Assembly: GCA_051251915.1 (NCBI GenBank)
Contig: JBPOGF010000002.1
Coordinates: forward strand, 64,001 to 128,000
Direction of reading: 5' to 3'
Source: Akkermansiaceae bacterium
Lineage (GTDB): Bacteria > Verrucomicrobiota > Verrucomicrobiia > Verrucomicrobiales > Akkermansiaceae
Length of the DNA: 64,000 bases
Numbering within the stretch: position 1 is the stretch's first letter; each line of letters begins with the position of its first letter. The position numbers and the translations under genes are program-made. Below, piece by piece: positions 27,283 to 35,871 of the stretch. The notes beneath the pieces were generated by a model. It was not told the DNA's origin, did not search any database, and worked only from the letters and a program-made list of their open reading frames with translations.

Positions 27283-28695
27283 ATGATTAAACAGATATTG
27301 TTAGGGTTGGTGCTGGGGTTATCCGCGCAGGCGGAGAAGCCGAATATTATTTATATTTTGGCTGATGATCTTGGTTATGGAGATATTAGTAGTTTGGGAC
27401 AGAAGCATTTTGAGACTCCGAACATTGATAAGCTTAAGGCTGGGGGTAAGTTTTTCTCGAATCATTATTCAGGGAGCACGGTGTGTGCTCCATCGCGCTC
27501 TGCGCTGCTGACTGGGCAGCATACTGGGCATACGTATGTGCGAGGGAATAGGGAGATAAAGCCTGAGGGGCAGACTCCGATTCCTGATGGTGAGCTGTTG
27601 CTGCCTGAGATGCTAAAGCATGCAGGGTATGTGAGTGGGGCGTTTGGTAAGTGGGGGCTTGGTTTTCCGGGGTCTGAGGGTGATCCGTTGAATCAGGGAT
27701 TTGATGTGTTTTATGGTTATAATTGTCAGCGTTTGGGGCATCATTATTATCCGTATCATTTGTGGGATAATGAGAAGAAGGTGATGTTAGAGGAGAATGC
27801 GGGGACGGCGAAGGGGGTGTATGCACCTGAGTTGATTCATGATAAGACGCTGAAGTTTATGGAGGATAATAAGGATAAGCCATTTTTCTTGTATGTGGCG
27901 TCTATTATTCCGCACGCGGAGCTGGCTGCACCTGAGGAGTATATGAAGAAATTCCAGGGGAAGATAGAAGAGGTGAGGAAGTATAAAGGAGTGGATTCTG
28001 GGAAGAAATTGCGCCAGGGGCCGTATCAGTCACAGGAGACTCCGCGTGCTGCGTTTGCTGCGATGGTGACTTTACTTGATGATCAGGTGGGTGAGATAGT
28101 GGCGAAATGTGAGGAGTTAGGGATAGCGGATAAGACGTTGATTATATTTACTTCTGATAATGGAGCACACCAAGAGGGGGGAGCAGATCCTAAGTTTTTC
28201 AATAGTGCAGGGCCGTATCGTGGTCATAAGCGCGATCTTTACGAGGGTGGTGTGCATGTTCCTATGTTTGCTTACTGGCCGGGGAAGATAGCGGCGGGTT
28301 CTGAGTCTAAGCATATTTCTGCGTTTTGGGATATGGTGCCGACGTTTACTGAGTTAGCCGAGCTTCCTGTGCCGGAGAATACTGATGGGATTTCTATGGT
28401 TTCTGCTTTGACAGGGAAAGGTGAGCAGGCGGTGCATCCGTATTTGTATTGGGAATTTCATGAGCGTGGTGGCCGTATTGCGGTGCGTATGGGTAAGTGG
28501 AAAGGGGTGCGTTATAATGTGCTGAACAAGCCGGATGCGATGATGGAGCTTTATGATTTAGAGGTTGATCCAGGAGAGACTAAGAATTTAGCGAAGGGGA
28601 ATCCGGAAGTGGTGGAGCGCATTTTGAAGGCTATGAATACGGCTCGGACAGATTCTGAGGTGTTTAAGTTTGATCAGCAGAAGGGCAAGAAGTAG
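27283..28695 (+). CDS. S1 arylsulfatase
   Basis: PNIIYILADDLG, CAPSRSALLTG, GKWGLG, SDNG, YLYWEF. Confidence 0.95.
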   Translation: MIKQILLGLVLGLSAQAEKPNIIYILADDLGYGDISSLGQKHFETPNIDKLKAGGKFFSNHYSGSTVCAPSRSALLTGQHTGHTYVRGNREIKPEGQTPIPDGELLLPEMLKHAGYVSGAFGKWGLGFPGSEGDPLNQGFDVFYGYNCQRLGHHYYPYHLWDNEKKVMLEENAGTAKGVYAPELIHDKTLKFMEDNKDKPFFLYVASIIPHAELAAPEEYMKKFQGKIEEVRKYKGVDSGKKLRQGPYQSQETPRAAFAAMVTLLDDQVGEIVAKCEELGIADKTLIIFTSDNGAHQEGGADPKFFNSAGPYRGHKRDLYEGGVHVPMFAYWPGKIAAGSESKHISAFWDMVPTFTELAELPVPENTDGISMVSALTGKGEQAVHPYLYWEFHERGGRIAVRMGKWKGVRYNVLNKPDAMMELYDLEVDPGETKNLAKGNPEVVERILKAMNTARTDSEVFKFDQQKGKK

Positions 28696-28733
28696 TAGAT
28701 CTAGACTACTTATTACTATTAATTTTATATATC

Positions 28734-30263
28734 ATGAAGAATATTATCTTTTCACTAGTTTGTGCCGTTGTGGCAATGAGTTCAATGACTGCGACCGCGG
28801 TAGAGCGTCCGAATGTTGTTCTTATTTATGCCGATGACCTTGGGATTGGGATGTTGGGTAGTTATGGTCAGAAGTTGATCAAGACGCCACATATTGATCG
28901 GTTGGCTAAGGAGGGGATGAAGTTTAATAATACCTATGGTGGGGTTTTATGTGCGCCTGCGCGGTGGACCTTGCTGACTGGTATGCATGATGGGCGTAAG
29001 GGTGGATGGGGGTTTAATAATGCTGGATTTCTTAAAAAGTTAGATAGGGAGGGAGTGACTGGAGATGAGTATATGGAGCGCTTTAATGCTTATGTAGAGA
29101 AGACCTCTAAGCGGATTCCTGATGATGAGGTGTTTCTTGCGCAGGTGGCTCAGAAGGCGGGGTATACTACTGCGCAGTTTGGGAAGCTGGATGTGGGGTT
29201 TCTGACGAACCATGATAGGGTGACTAGGTTTGGTTGGGATTATTATGAGGGGATGTATAGTCATACTCGTTGTCATGGATTTTATCCGCCGTATATGTGG
29301 CGGAATGGGGAGAAGTTTTTCTTGAAGGGGAATACGGATATAGACTGTGGTAAAATGTCTGAGAAGGGGAATGAACCTGTGGGGTCTGGTGGTGAGACTT
29401 ATTCGCAGAATGTGTTTATTGAGGGGATTTTGAAATTTATCCGAGAGCACAAGGATGAGCCGTTCTTTTTGTATCATCCTACTCAGTTGCCGCATGGTCC
29501 GGTGGCGATCCCTGAGTTGCATCCTGATTTTGCGGATCATCCTACGCTGAGTTTGGCGGAGAAGAAGTATGCTTCGATGGTGAAGATGTTAGATGATCAT
29601 GTGGGTCTGATTATGGAGGAGCTAAAAAAGCAGGGGTTGGATGATAAGACGATGGTGGTGTTTACTTCTGATAATGGGCATGAACTTTATTATGGGCCGA
29701 AGAAATCATTTCCTAAGCATGGGCTGGATGATGTGCCGACAAACTTGACTGATAATAAGTGGCGGACTTCTGAGGCTGGAGATGTGTTTGATGGTAATGC
29801 TGGACGTGCGGGATTGAAGCGTGCTGCTTATCAGGGTGGGATGCAGTGTCCGTTGATTGTTCGTTGGCCGGGTAAGGTAAAGGCGGGGACGGAGAGTAGC
29901 GTGCAGAATACGCATTATGATTTCATGGCTACTTTGGCTGATGTTGTGGGTGGTAGGGTGCCGAGGGGTAAGGATAGTATTTCTTATTTGCCGACGTTGT
30001 TGTCCAAGCCTCAGAGGGAGGTGCATGATTATGTGATTATTAATAATCGATTCAATAGGATGGGTAAGACTGCTTTGATTGGGAATGATGGGTGGAAGTT
30101 AGTGGAGGTGGAGCGTAAGAATGATAATTTCCAGCTTTATAACATTAAGGAAGATAATGAGGAACGTCATAATTTAGCAGATAAGCATCCTGAGAAGGTG
30201 ACAACTTTGAAGGCTATTTTGCTGCGTGAGCTAGAGTCTGATCGGCCTGATTTAAAGAAGTAG
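28734..30263 (+). CDS. S1 sulfatase
   Basis: PNVVLIYADDLG, CAPARWTLLTG, variant GKLDVG, SDNG. Confidence 0.92.
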   Translation: MKNIIFSLVCAVVAMSSMTATAVERPNVVLIYADDLGIGMLGSYGQKLIKTPHIDRLAKEGMKFNNTYGGVLCAPARWTLLTGMHDGRKGGWGFNNAGFLKKLDREGVTGDEYMERFNAYVEKTSKRIPDDEVFLAQVAQKAGYTTAQFGKLDVGFLTNHDRVTRFGWDYYEGMYSHTRCHGFYPPYMWRNGEKFFLKGNTDIDCGKMSEKGNEPVGSGGETYSQNVFIEGILKFIREHKDEPFFLYHPTQLPHGPVAIPELHPDFADHPTLSLAEKKYASMVKMLDDHVGLIMEELKKQGLDDKTMVVFTSDNGHELYYGPKKSFPKHGLDDVPTNLTDNKWRTSEAGDVFDGNAGRAGLKRAAYQGGMQCPLIVRWPGKVKAGTESSVQNTHYDFMATLADVVGGRVPRGKDSISYLPTLLSKPQREVHDYVIINNRFNRMGKTALIGNDGWKLVEVERKNDNFQLYNIKEDNEERHNLADKHPEKVTTLKAILLRELESDRPDLKK

Positions 30264-30307
30264 AAAAAATGAACCATTCATAGCTGAGAGGGGATGTTAG
30301 GGGGATT

Positions 30308-33037
30308 TTATTCTAGTTTAATAGAATAGAATTTTTTATCTCCGCTAGGTACTGGTATACTTAGACTCGTGGAATCTCCGCTGCTCGCTGCCGGGATCGC
30401 ATTTTGTTCAGTGGACCAATCATTGATTGGTCCCTCTAAAGTTGTGGAGCTCATTAGAGAGAATGTTAGCCCAGGTTGAGAAGGCCATGTTAGTGTAAAT
30501 GAGGATGGTGGAGTATTGGCTATGGTAACTTTAAAACTTTCAGTGTTGTCAGTTGGGTCTAGTCCTAATTGGATTTCTACGAAGTCTGAGGTGCCATCAG
30601 AGTCCGAATCGCTCAAATCCACGTTTGATTCCCCGTCACTAAGAAGGCCGTTACTGTCAATGTCTTCTTGGTAATCAAAGAGGCCATCTCCATCAGAATC
30701 AACTGTGTTCAGTCCATCGACATTGTAATCGATGAAGAAAACGTCATTAGTGTATGGTCGACTGCTGCCATCAGTTGGAGTCAACGTGGGCCAGAGTTCT
30801 CCATTGATACCCCAACCGGCTTCAAATGCTTGCGCCATTTTGCGAGCCATTTGGAGCACGATCTCGGGATGCGCTGCCGAAAGATCTGTTGATTCTGTTA
30901 GGTCATTTGGGATGTCGTAAAGTTTGAAACTATTGTCATCAAAGTAGTAATGTAATTTCATGTCACCCTCTCGATAGATGGCGAAGTAATCATTTCTGTG
31001 ATCAATAGGGAGATACATTAGGAACTCCTGAGGGCGATGTTCTCCTGGTTGATTCGTCAAGTAGGGGGTGAGGTCATATCCATCAAATTCCTGGGTCGTA
31101 GGAGTATCGGTCACTTTTAATATGGTTGGTAATACATCCCAAACTGTTACAAGATCTGTTTCTATGCTGTTAGCTGGAATAGGGAAGGCTGCTTGCATGG
31201 GGTTGCTTGGATTTAGTTTTGCCCATGAAACTATTAAGGGCACGTGGATGCCACCTTCCCAAGCAGTCGCTTTTTTACCTCTTTGTGGGAAGTCGCTATA
31301 GATGCCTGAGGCTAATCCATTGTTGGTAGATGCTGGGTTATCGCTACCATTGTCTCCTAAGAAGATAATTAGAGTTTCTTCTGCGATTCCTAAAGACTCT
31401 AGTTTGGTGATGGTTTGGCCTAGTGATTGATCCATTCCTTCGATCATGGTGGCGAATTTCTGATGATCGTTGTTGTGTGAAGCACTGTAATTTCCGGTGG
31501 CATTTGGGTCGGTAGTAAATGGGCTGTGTAGTGCGTAGTGGGAGAAGTAGAAGAGGAACGGGACCTCATCGTTGACTGCATTTGTCATAGCTGCTCCGGT
31601 CTCAATGGTTAAGGCGTCAGTTAAAAAGGTGCTGGTTCCACTGTAGTGAGACATGTTCGGTTTGGATGAAAAGTTCGTGTAGCTAGAGCTGCCTGATTGG
31701 TCGCCTGCGATGTTGACATCGAAGCCGATGGCGGTTGGGTATTTAGCATAGGATACATTGGAGCCGAAATGCCCCTTGCCTGCGTGTATTGAGCGATAGC
31801 CTACATCGCCTAGTAACATTGGCAGGGTGATATCATCTGCTTGCATCCCTGTTCTTTTCCAGTTGTTAGGAGCGCTATGAGAATTCGTAGCTGGGTTTTG
31901 TCTGACGGGGTCGTAGTTACCAGAGGGTGTGACTTGGGAGATGACTCCGTGGCGCAGGGTGTTGTGTCCTGTTAGGAGTGATGCGCGGGTTGAGCTGCAG
32001 ACGGGGGTGGCGTATGCTTGGGTGAATTTCATGCCTTTTGCTGCTAGAGCTTCCATGTTTGGGGTTTGGTGGAGTTGATTAAATTCACTGGGGATGGGTG
32101 CTCCGTTAGAGTCATAGACGAAGGGGACAGAGGTGTCATTTACGCCCATGTCGTCAACTAGGAAGATGACGATGTTGGGTTTAGGGTTTCCTTCATACAC
32201 TATTAATTCTGATGTTTCATTGCCGAAGGAATTGGTTGCTGTGAGGGTGAATTGGGTTGTTTGGTTGATGACTACGTCTATAAAGTTTAGACCTGTTACG
32301 TCTCCTACACCTTGGTTGATGCTGAGAGATGTTTCATTATCAACATCCCAGCTTAGTCTTACGGTTTCTCCTTGAGGAACGTAGCGGCTATCTGGGGTAA
32401 AGGAATTGATCGTTAGGGGGATGCCTTCTACGATTTCGATGCCATTGATGGCGGAGCGTGATCCTGAGGCGTTGGCGTTACCTGTGATGGTGAGTGAGGT
32501 GCCTGTGAAGCCGGTAAGGGTGAGTTTATTTGCTCCAGCGTCAAATGTTCCGCTGAAGGTTGCTGTGTCTTGAATGTTTCCTGATTTTGTGACTGAGCCA
32601 TCGGTGATAGAGAAGTCCATGGAGCGGGCAGTGTCATTAGAGTCTCCGTAGATGATGACGCTGTAGCCACTGGTGTAGGCGGCGGGGATGGAGTTGATGG
32701 TTAGGGATTCTGTGCCCTTGAGACCGAGCCAGGATTCCATCATGGCGTAGTCTTGGTTGTTTGTGGCGTAGCCGTTGCTGTTGAAGTCTTTGATGAATCC
32801 TGCAGCTGAGGTGATTTTAGCTGTTGTGGCTGCTCCTGTAGAGTCTAGGAGTGGGATGTTGGTGAAGGTTTGCTGGGTGGTGTTGTTCCAGGTGTTAGTG
32901 GTGGTGTTTACGATGGAGCCAGCTGGTCTGGAGGTCATGGCGGTTTGTGTGGCGTTGTCTTCGTGGAAGGAGACTTTTATGTCTGCTGATAGGGTTGCGA
33001 GACTGAGGAGGAAGGTGGAGAGGATGATTCGTTTCAT
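30308..33037 (-). CDS. Modular secreted sulfatase with N-terminal accessory domains and C-terminal Asp-rich repeats plus sorting-like domain
   Basis: PNIVIFLVDDMG and CSSTRASLLTG after about 285 aa of beta-rich sequence; DSDGDG/DSDSDG repeats; LTWPS...KKFYSIKLE terminus. Confidence 0.88.
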   Translation of the reverse strand: MKRIILSTFLLSLATLSADIKVSFHEDNATQTAMTSRPAGSIVNTTTNTWNNTTQQTFTNIPLLDSTGAATTAKITSAAGFIKDFNSNGYATNNQDYAMMESWLGLKGTESLTINSIPAAYTSGYSVIIYGDSNDTARSMDFSITDGSVTKSGNIQDTATFSGTFDAGANKLTLTGFTGTSLTITGNANASGSRSAINGIEIVEGIPLTINSFTPDSRYVPQGETVRLSWDVDNETSLSINQGVGDVTGLNFIDVVINQTTQFTLTATNSFGNETSELIVYEGNPKPNIVIFLVDDMGVNDTSVPFVYDSNGAPIPSEFNQLHQTPNMEALAAKGMKFTQAYATPVCSSTRASLLTGHNTLRHGVISQVTPSGNYDPVRQNPATNSHSAPNNWKRTGMQADDITLPMLLGDVGYRSIHAGKGHFGSNVSYAKYPTAIGFDVNIAGDQSGSSSYTNFSSKPNMSHYSGTSTFLTDALTIETGAAMTNAVNDEVPFLFYFSHYALHSPFTTDPNATGNYSASHNNDHQKFATMIEGMDQSLGQTITKLESLGIAEETLIIFLGDNGSDNPASTNNGLASGIYSDFPQRGKKATAWEGGIHVPLIVSWAKLNPSNPMQAAFPIPANSIETDLVTVWDVLPTILKVTDTPTTQEFDGYDLTPYLTNQPGEHRPQEFLMYLPIDHRNDYFAIYREGDMKLHYYFDDNSFKLYDIPNDLTESTDLSAAHPEIVLQMARKMAQAFEAGWGINGELWPTLTPTDGSSRPYTNDVFFIDYNVDGLNTVDSDGDGLFDYQEDIDSNGLLSDGESNVDLSDSDSDGTSDFVEIQLGLDPTDNTESFKVTIANTPPSSFTLTWPSQPGLTFSLMSSTTLEGPINDWSTEQNAIPAASSGDSTSLSIPVPSGDKKFYSIKLE

Positions 33038-33096
33038 GTTTGTTTAGGTTTAAGATGCTTAGATTCTGATGAGTATGGTTTGAGAAATCAAAGAAA

Positions 33097-33657
33097 TTAT
33101 AGCTCTAAGGACAGGTCATCAATGATGTGTGCTGCAAAAGCGGGCAGGGGGATTCCTAATTTGAGAATTAAGTCTTCAAACGAGAGATCTCTTTTTCTAG
33201 AGATGTCATGGAGTTTGTTGACGATTATTTCAGGACTCATGGAGTAGAGGGTGATGAGGTAATCTTGTGGATGGAGGGCTTCTATGCTCCATGGTTCTAA
33301 TGCTTCTATGGGGAAGTCTTTGAGATTAAAGGTTACTATTACGGAGGCACCTGAGCGGACTGTAGCAGCTAATACATGACGATCTTTTTCATCGTTTGTC
33401 ATCACTGGTAGTAGGTGTTCGTAGTCATCGATCCAAGAATCTGGGAAGCTTTTCTCTACTTCAGAGTGATATGATGCCACGATGTGTTCTGGCCAATTTA
33501 GTTTATTGAGCTGAGTGTTTCTTACTTCCTCCATGATTTTGCTAGACCACACGGGGAGGAAGAGTCTGGGTTTTTCTGCTAAGCGGAGCAGTAGATCACA
33601 CACTGCAATGTTAGCTAAGACGCAGGCATCAATACAGACTTTGAAATCAGCCCGCAT
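33097..33657 (-). CDS. PIN-domain ribonuclease toxin (PIN_3/VapC50-like)
   Basis: CIDACVL, WS..IMEE, DEKDRHVLAA, IVTFNLKDFP acidic PIN motifs. Confidence 0.88.
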   Translation of the reverse strand: MRADFKVCIDACVLANIAVCDLLLRLAEKPRLFLPVWSSKIMEEVRNTQLNKLNWPEHIVASYHSEVEKSFPDSWIDDYEHLLPVMTNDEKDRHVLAATVRSGASVIVTFNLKDFPIEALEPWSIEALHPQDYLITLYSMSPEIIVNKLHDISRKRDLSFEDLILKLGIPLPAFAAHIIDDLSLEL

Positions 33658-34115
33658 TAGTCTTCGCCTTGGTAGCTGCTGTCGTAGAGGTTGGCGTCAT
33701 CGATGTCTTTCATGAGCTTGTCTAGTGACTGGTGGCGGTCTCCGTCTCGCTTGCGTTCATAGTCAATTAGGTCTTTGAAGTAGACTCTGCGGTGTGTTCC
33801 TACATTGTGGAATGGGATTTCGTCTTTTTCTAGGAGGTCGACTAAATGCTGGCGTGAGACTCCTAGATAGTTTGCTGCTGCTTGGCTTGTGAAGGTTTCC
33901 TCCTCTGGCATCATGACGATGGCTTTACCTGCTTGCATTTGTTTTAGGACGCGGAGTAGCGTGTTAAAAATAGGTTTAGGTAGGTCTATTCTTTTGCCGT
34001 GTTCATTGATGAGTGCTGGGGAATTCTTAGTGGAGAGGAATTTGACTACTTCACTTAAGGTTTTACTGTCTAGCATAGAGGGGTCTAGCCGATTTTGTTG
34101 TCTCATGGTACTCAT
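33657..34115 (-). CDS. Excisionase-family HTH DNA-binding protein (putative antitoxin)
   Basis: TSQAAANYLGVSRQHLVDLLEKDEIPFHNVGTHRRV; 1-nt overlap with the PIN gene. Confidence 0.88.
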   Translation of the reverse strand: MSTMRQQNRLDPSMLDSKTLSEVVKFLSTKNSPALINEHGKRIDLPKPIFNTLLRVLKQMQAGKAIVMMPEEETFTSQAAANYLGVSRQHLVDLLEKDEIPFHNVGTHRRVYFKDLIDYERKRDGDRHQSLDKLMKDIDDANLYDSSYQGED

Positions 34116-34251
34116 AACACTTTTAATGTAACGATGTAAGCGTATTACGCAAGGGTTAAACGCTATATTCGCTATTAGTGCTATAAACGCTTAGGGGTGA
34201 AAGTGAGATTTATGATTAGATTTATAGAGGCTTAAGCGATTTTGAATGTGT

Positions 34252-34341
34252 TTAGATACTGCGGAGCATGGTGAGGGATTCGTTGAGTTTGGTTTCTGGG
34301 TTGGTGGATTTTAGGCGGGGGAATTTGGATTGTGAGAGCAT
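34252..34341 (-). repeat. Orphan duplicate of the mfd 3' end (29 codons plus stop)
   Basis: Encodes MLSQSKFPRLKSTNPETKLNESLTMLRSI*, 22/29 identical to the Mfd C-terminus at 35872-35961; shares a 27-nt exact match. Confidence 0.92.
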
Positions 34342-34443
34342 TTTGGTTTGAACATAAAGATTCTTTTTTGGTAAAGCTCTCCTTTCGGCCTTAGTGGTTA
34401 AATTTGGTGCATTTGTTTTATTTTTAACAGTTATAATTGTAAG

Positions 34444-35805
34444 ATGATCATCGATAGATACATTGTATTTATGAGTTTTGATTTAATTTCTACTGAAACA
34501 GTTATTCATGGTCAATTTTGGTTTCCTGATGATACTGAGAAAGTCTATGAAGGTTTTATAGAAATACGTCCTGGTAACAGTTCTATTCTTAATCTTCATA
34601 CTTATGAAACAAATGGTATGGCAGAACTAGGAATGAGATCAAATCATCAATCTCATACTCCAGTTTTTAGAAATAGGAAATTAATTCACGGTAAGAATAA
34701 GCATGGGAAACTGCTGACGCTATACAATTGCTACGCAAATAAGTCAGGAACCTTGCACATGGCAAGTGTAAAATATAAGTGCTATCTTTACTTTGAAGGT
34801 GTGAGTTTATCTATGGGTGATTTAAACTTCAATGGTATTAAAATGCATTTCGATTTTCAAGAAACATGGGTCTCAAAGTCAGTGTTCTCAACATACCACG
34901 AGACTATAAATGACGGTAAAGATCTCGAAAAAGTTACAATTCCGTTTAGTAAAAAGAAGAATATTTCTATTGGATTAGAGCGTTACAAAAAAAGTGAAAT
35001 ATATTGCGGTTATGGCGTAAAACAAACGCATAATAGTATATCATTTATACACCGATCATCTTTTAATATTTCCTTCAAAAATCCTACCTCAATTAAAAAT
35101 ATACTAGGCTTGATTCATCAATGGGAATGGTTTCTCTCTCTACTGACAAGGAAAACTGTCAGGCTAAGAACATTAGATTTAAATCGAGAAGAAGTGTTAA
35201 TCTTCGGTTCTAAAGATATTTTGGAAGGTATTAAAATTTGGAAGAGCCGTGATTTAAATAACCTGCCTGATAAAGAGCCCACACAGCATGATTTTTATTG
35301 TACCTATTGTGATATAGAGGCCGAGTTTCCTGTGATTTTCGAAAATTGGCTAAACATTCAAGATCTCTGGGCTGCTGTATTACATAGGTTTTTCGCAACA
35401 ACACAACCAAGAGATATTTGGGCAAATGAAGAGTTTCTCTTTCTCGCTCAAGCAATAGAATCTATTCACAGAATACGCTCTAAGGTTGCAGGAAATATAG
35501 ATTTTAATAAAGCGGCGAAAGAAATTTATTTAGGAGCGGCCCATGATCTACAGATTGAAATAGGTGACAGAAAATTATTCCAAAAGCAGCTGCATTCATC
35601 ACGAAATTATTATACTCATTACGGTCACCCTGGTCCGTCCGACTCAGAACATATATTATGTGGTAAGGATTTAGCCGATTTAAATATAAAGTTACGCTGG
35701 ATCATAGAATCGGCTATATTAGAGGAGATAGGAATCCCTGAACATATAGCTTCAAAGGTTTGGAGCTCTCAATGGAGAGGCAAATGGGTAACTTACGAAG
35801 ATTAA
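34444..35805 (+). CDS. ApeA-like protein (ApeA N-terminal domain plus HEPN RNase), putative anti-phage gene
   Basis: G.FWFP..G.I N-terminus, IHG...G..LTL.NC, FLFLAQAIESIHR, RNYYTH (HEPN RxxxxH); AT-rich relative to flanks. Confidence 0.75.
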   Translation: MIIDRYIVFMSFDLISTETVIHGQFWFPDDTEKVYEGFIEIRPGNSSILNLHTYETNGMAELGMRSNHQSHTPVFRNRKLIHGKNKHGKLLTLYNCYANKSGTLHMASVKYKCYLYFEGVSLSMGDLNFNGIKMHFDFQETWVSKSVFSTYHETINDGKDLEKVTIPFSKKKNISIGLERYKKSEIYCGYGVKQTHNSISFIHRSSFNISFKNPTSIKNILGLIHQWEWFLSLLTRKTVRLRTLDLNREEVLIFGSKDILEGIKIWKSRDLNNLPDKEPTQHDFYCTYCDIEAEFPVIFENWLNIQDLWAAVLHRFFATTQPRDIWANEEFLFLAQAIESIHRIRSKVAGNIDFNKAAKEIYLGAAHDLQIEIGDRKLFQKQLHSSRNYYTHYGHPGPSDSEHILCGKDLADLNIKLRWIIESAILEEIGIPEHIASKVWSSQWRGKWVTYED

Positions 35806-35871
35806 ACTGATATTGGTATTCTGCTGTTAGAGCTTATAGAATAACATCAAGATGCTAAAGTTGATTCTGCT

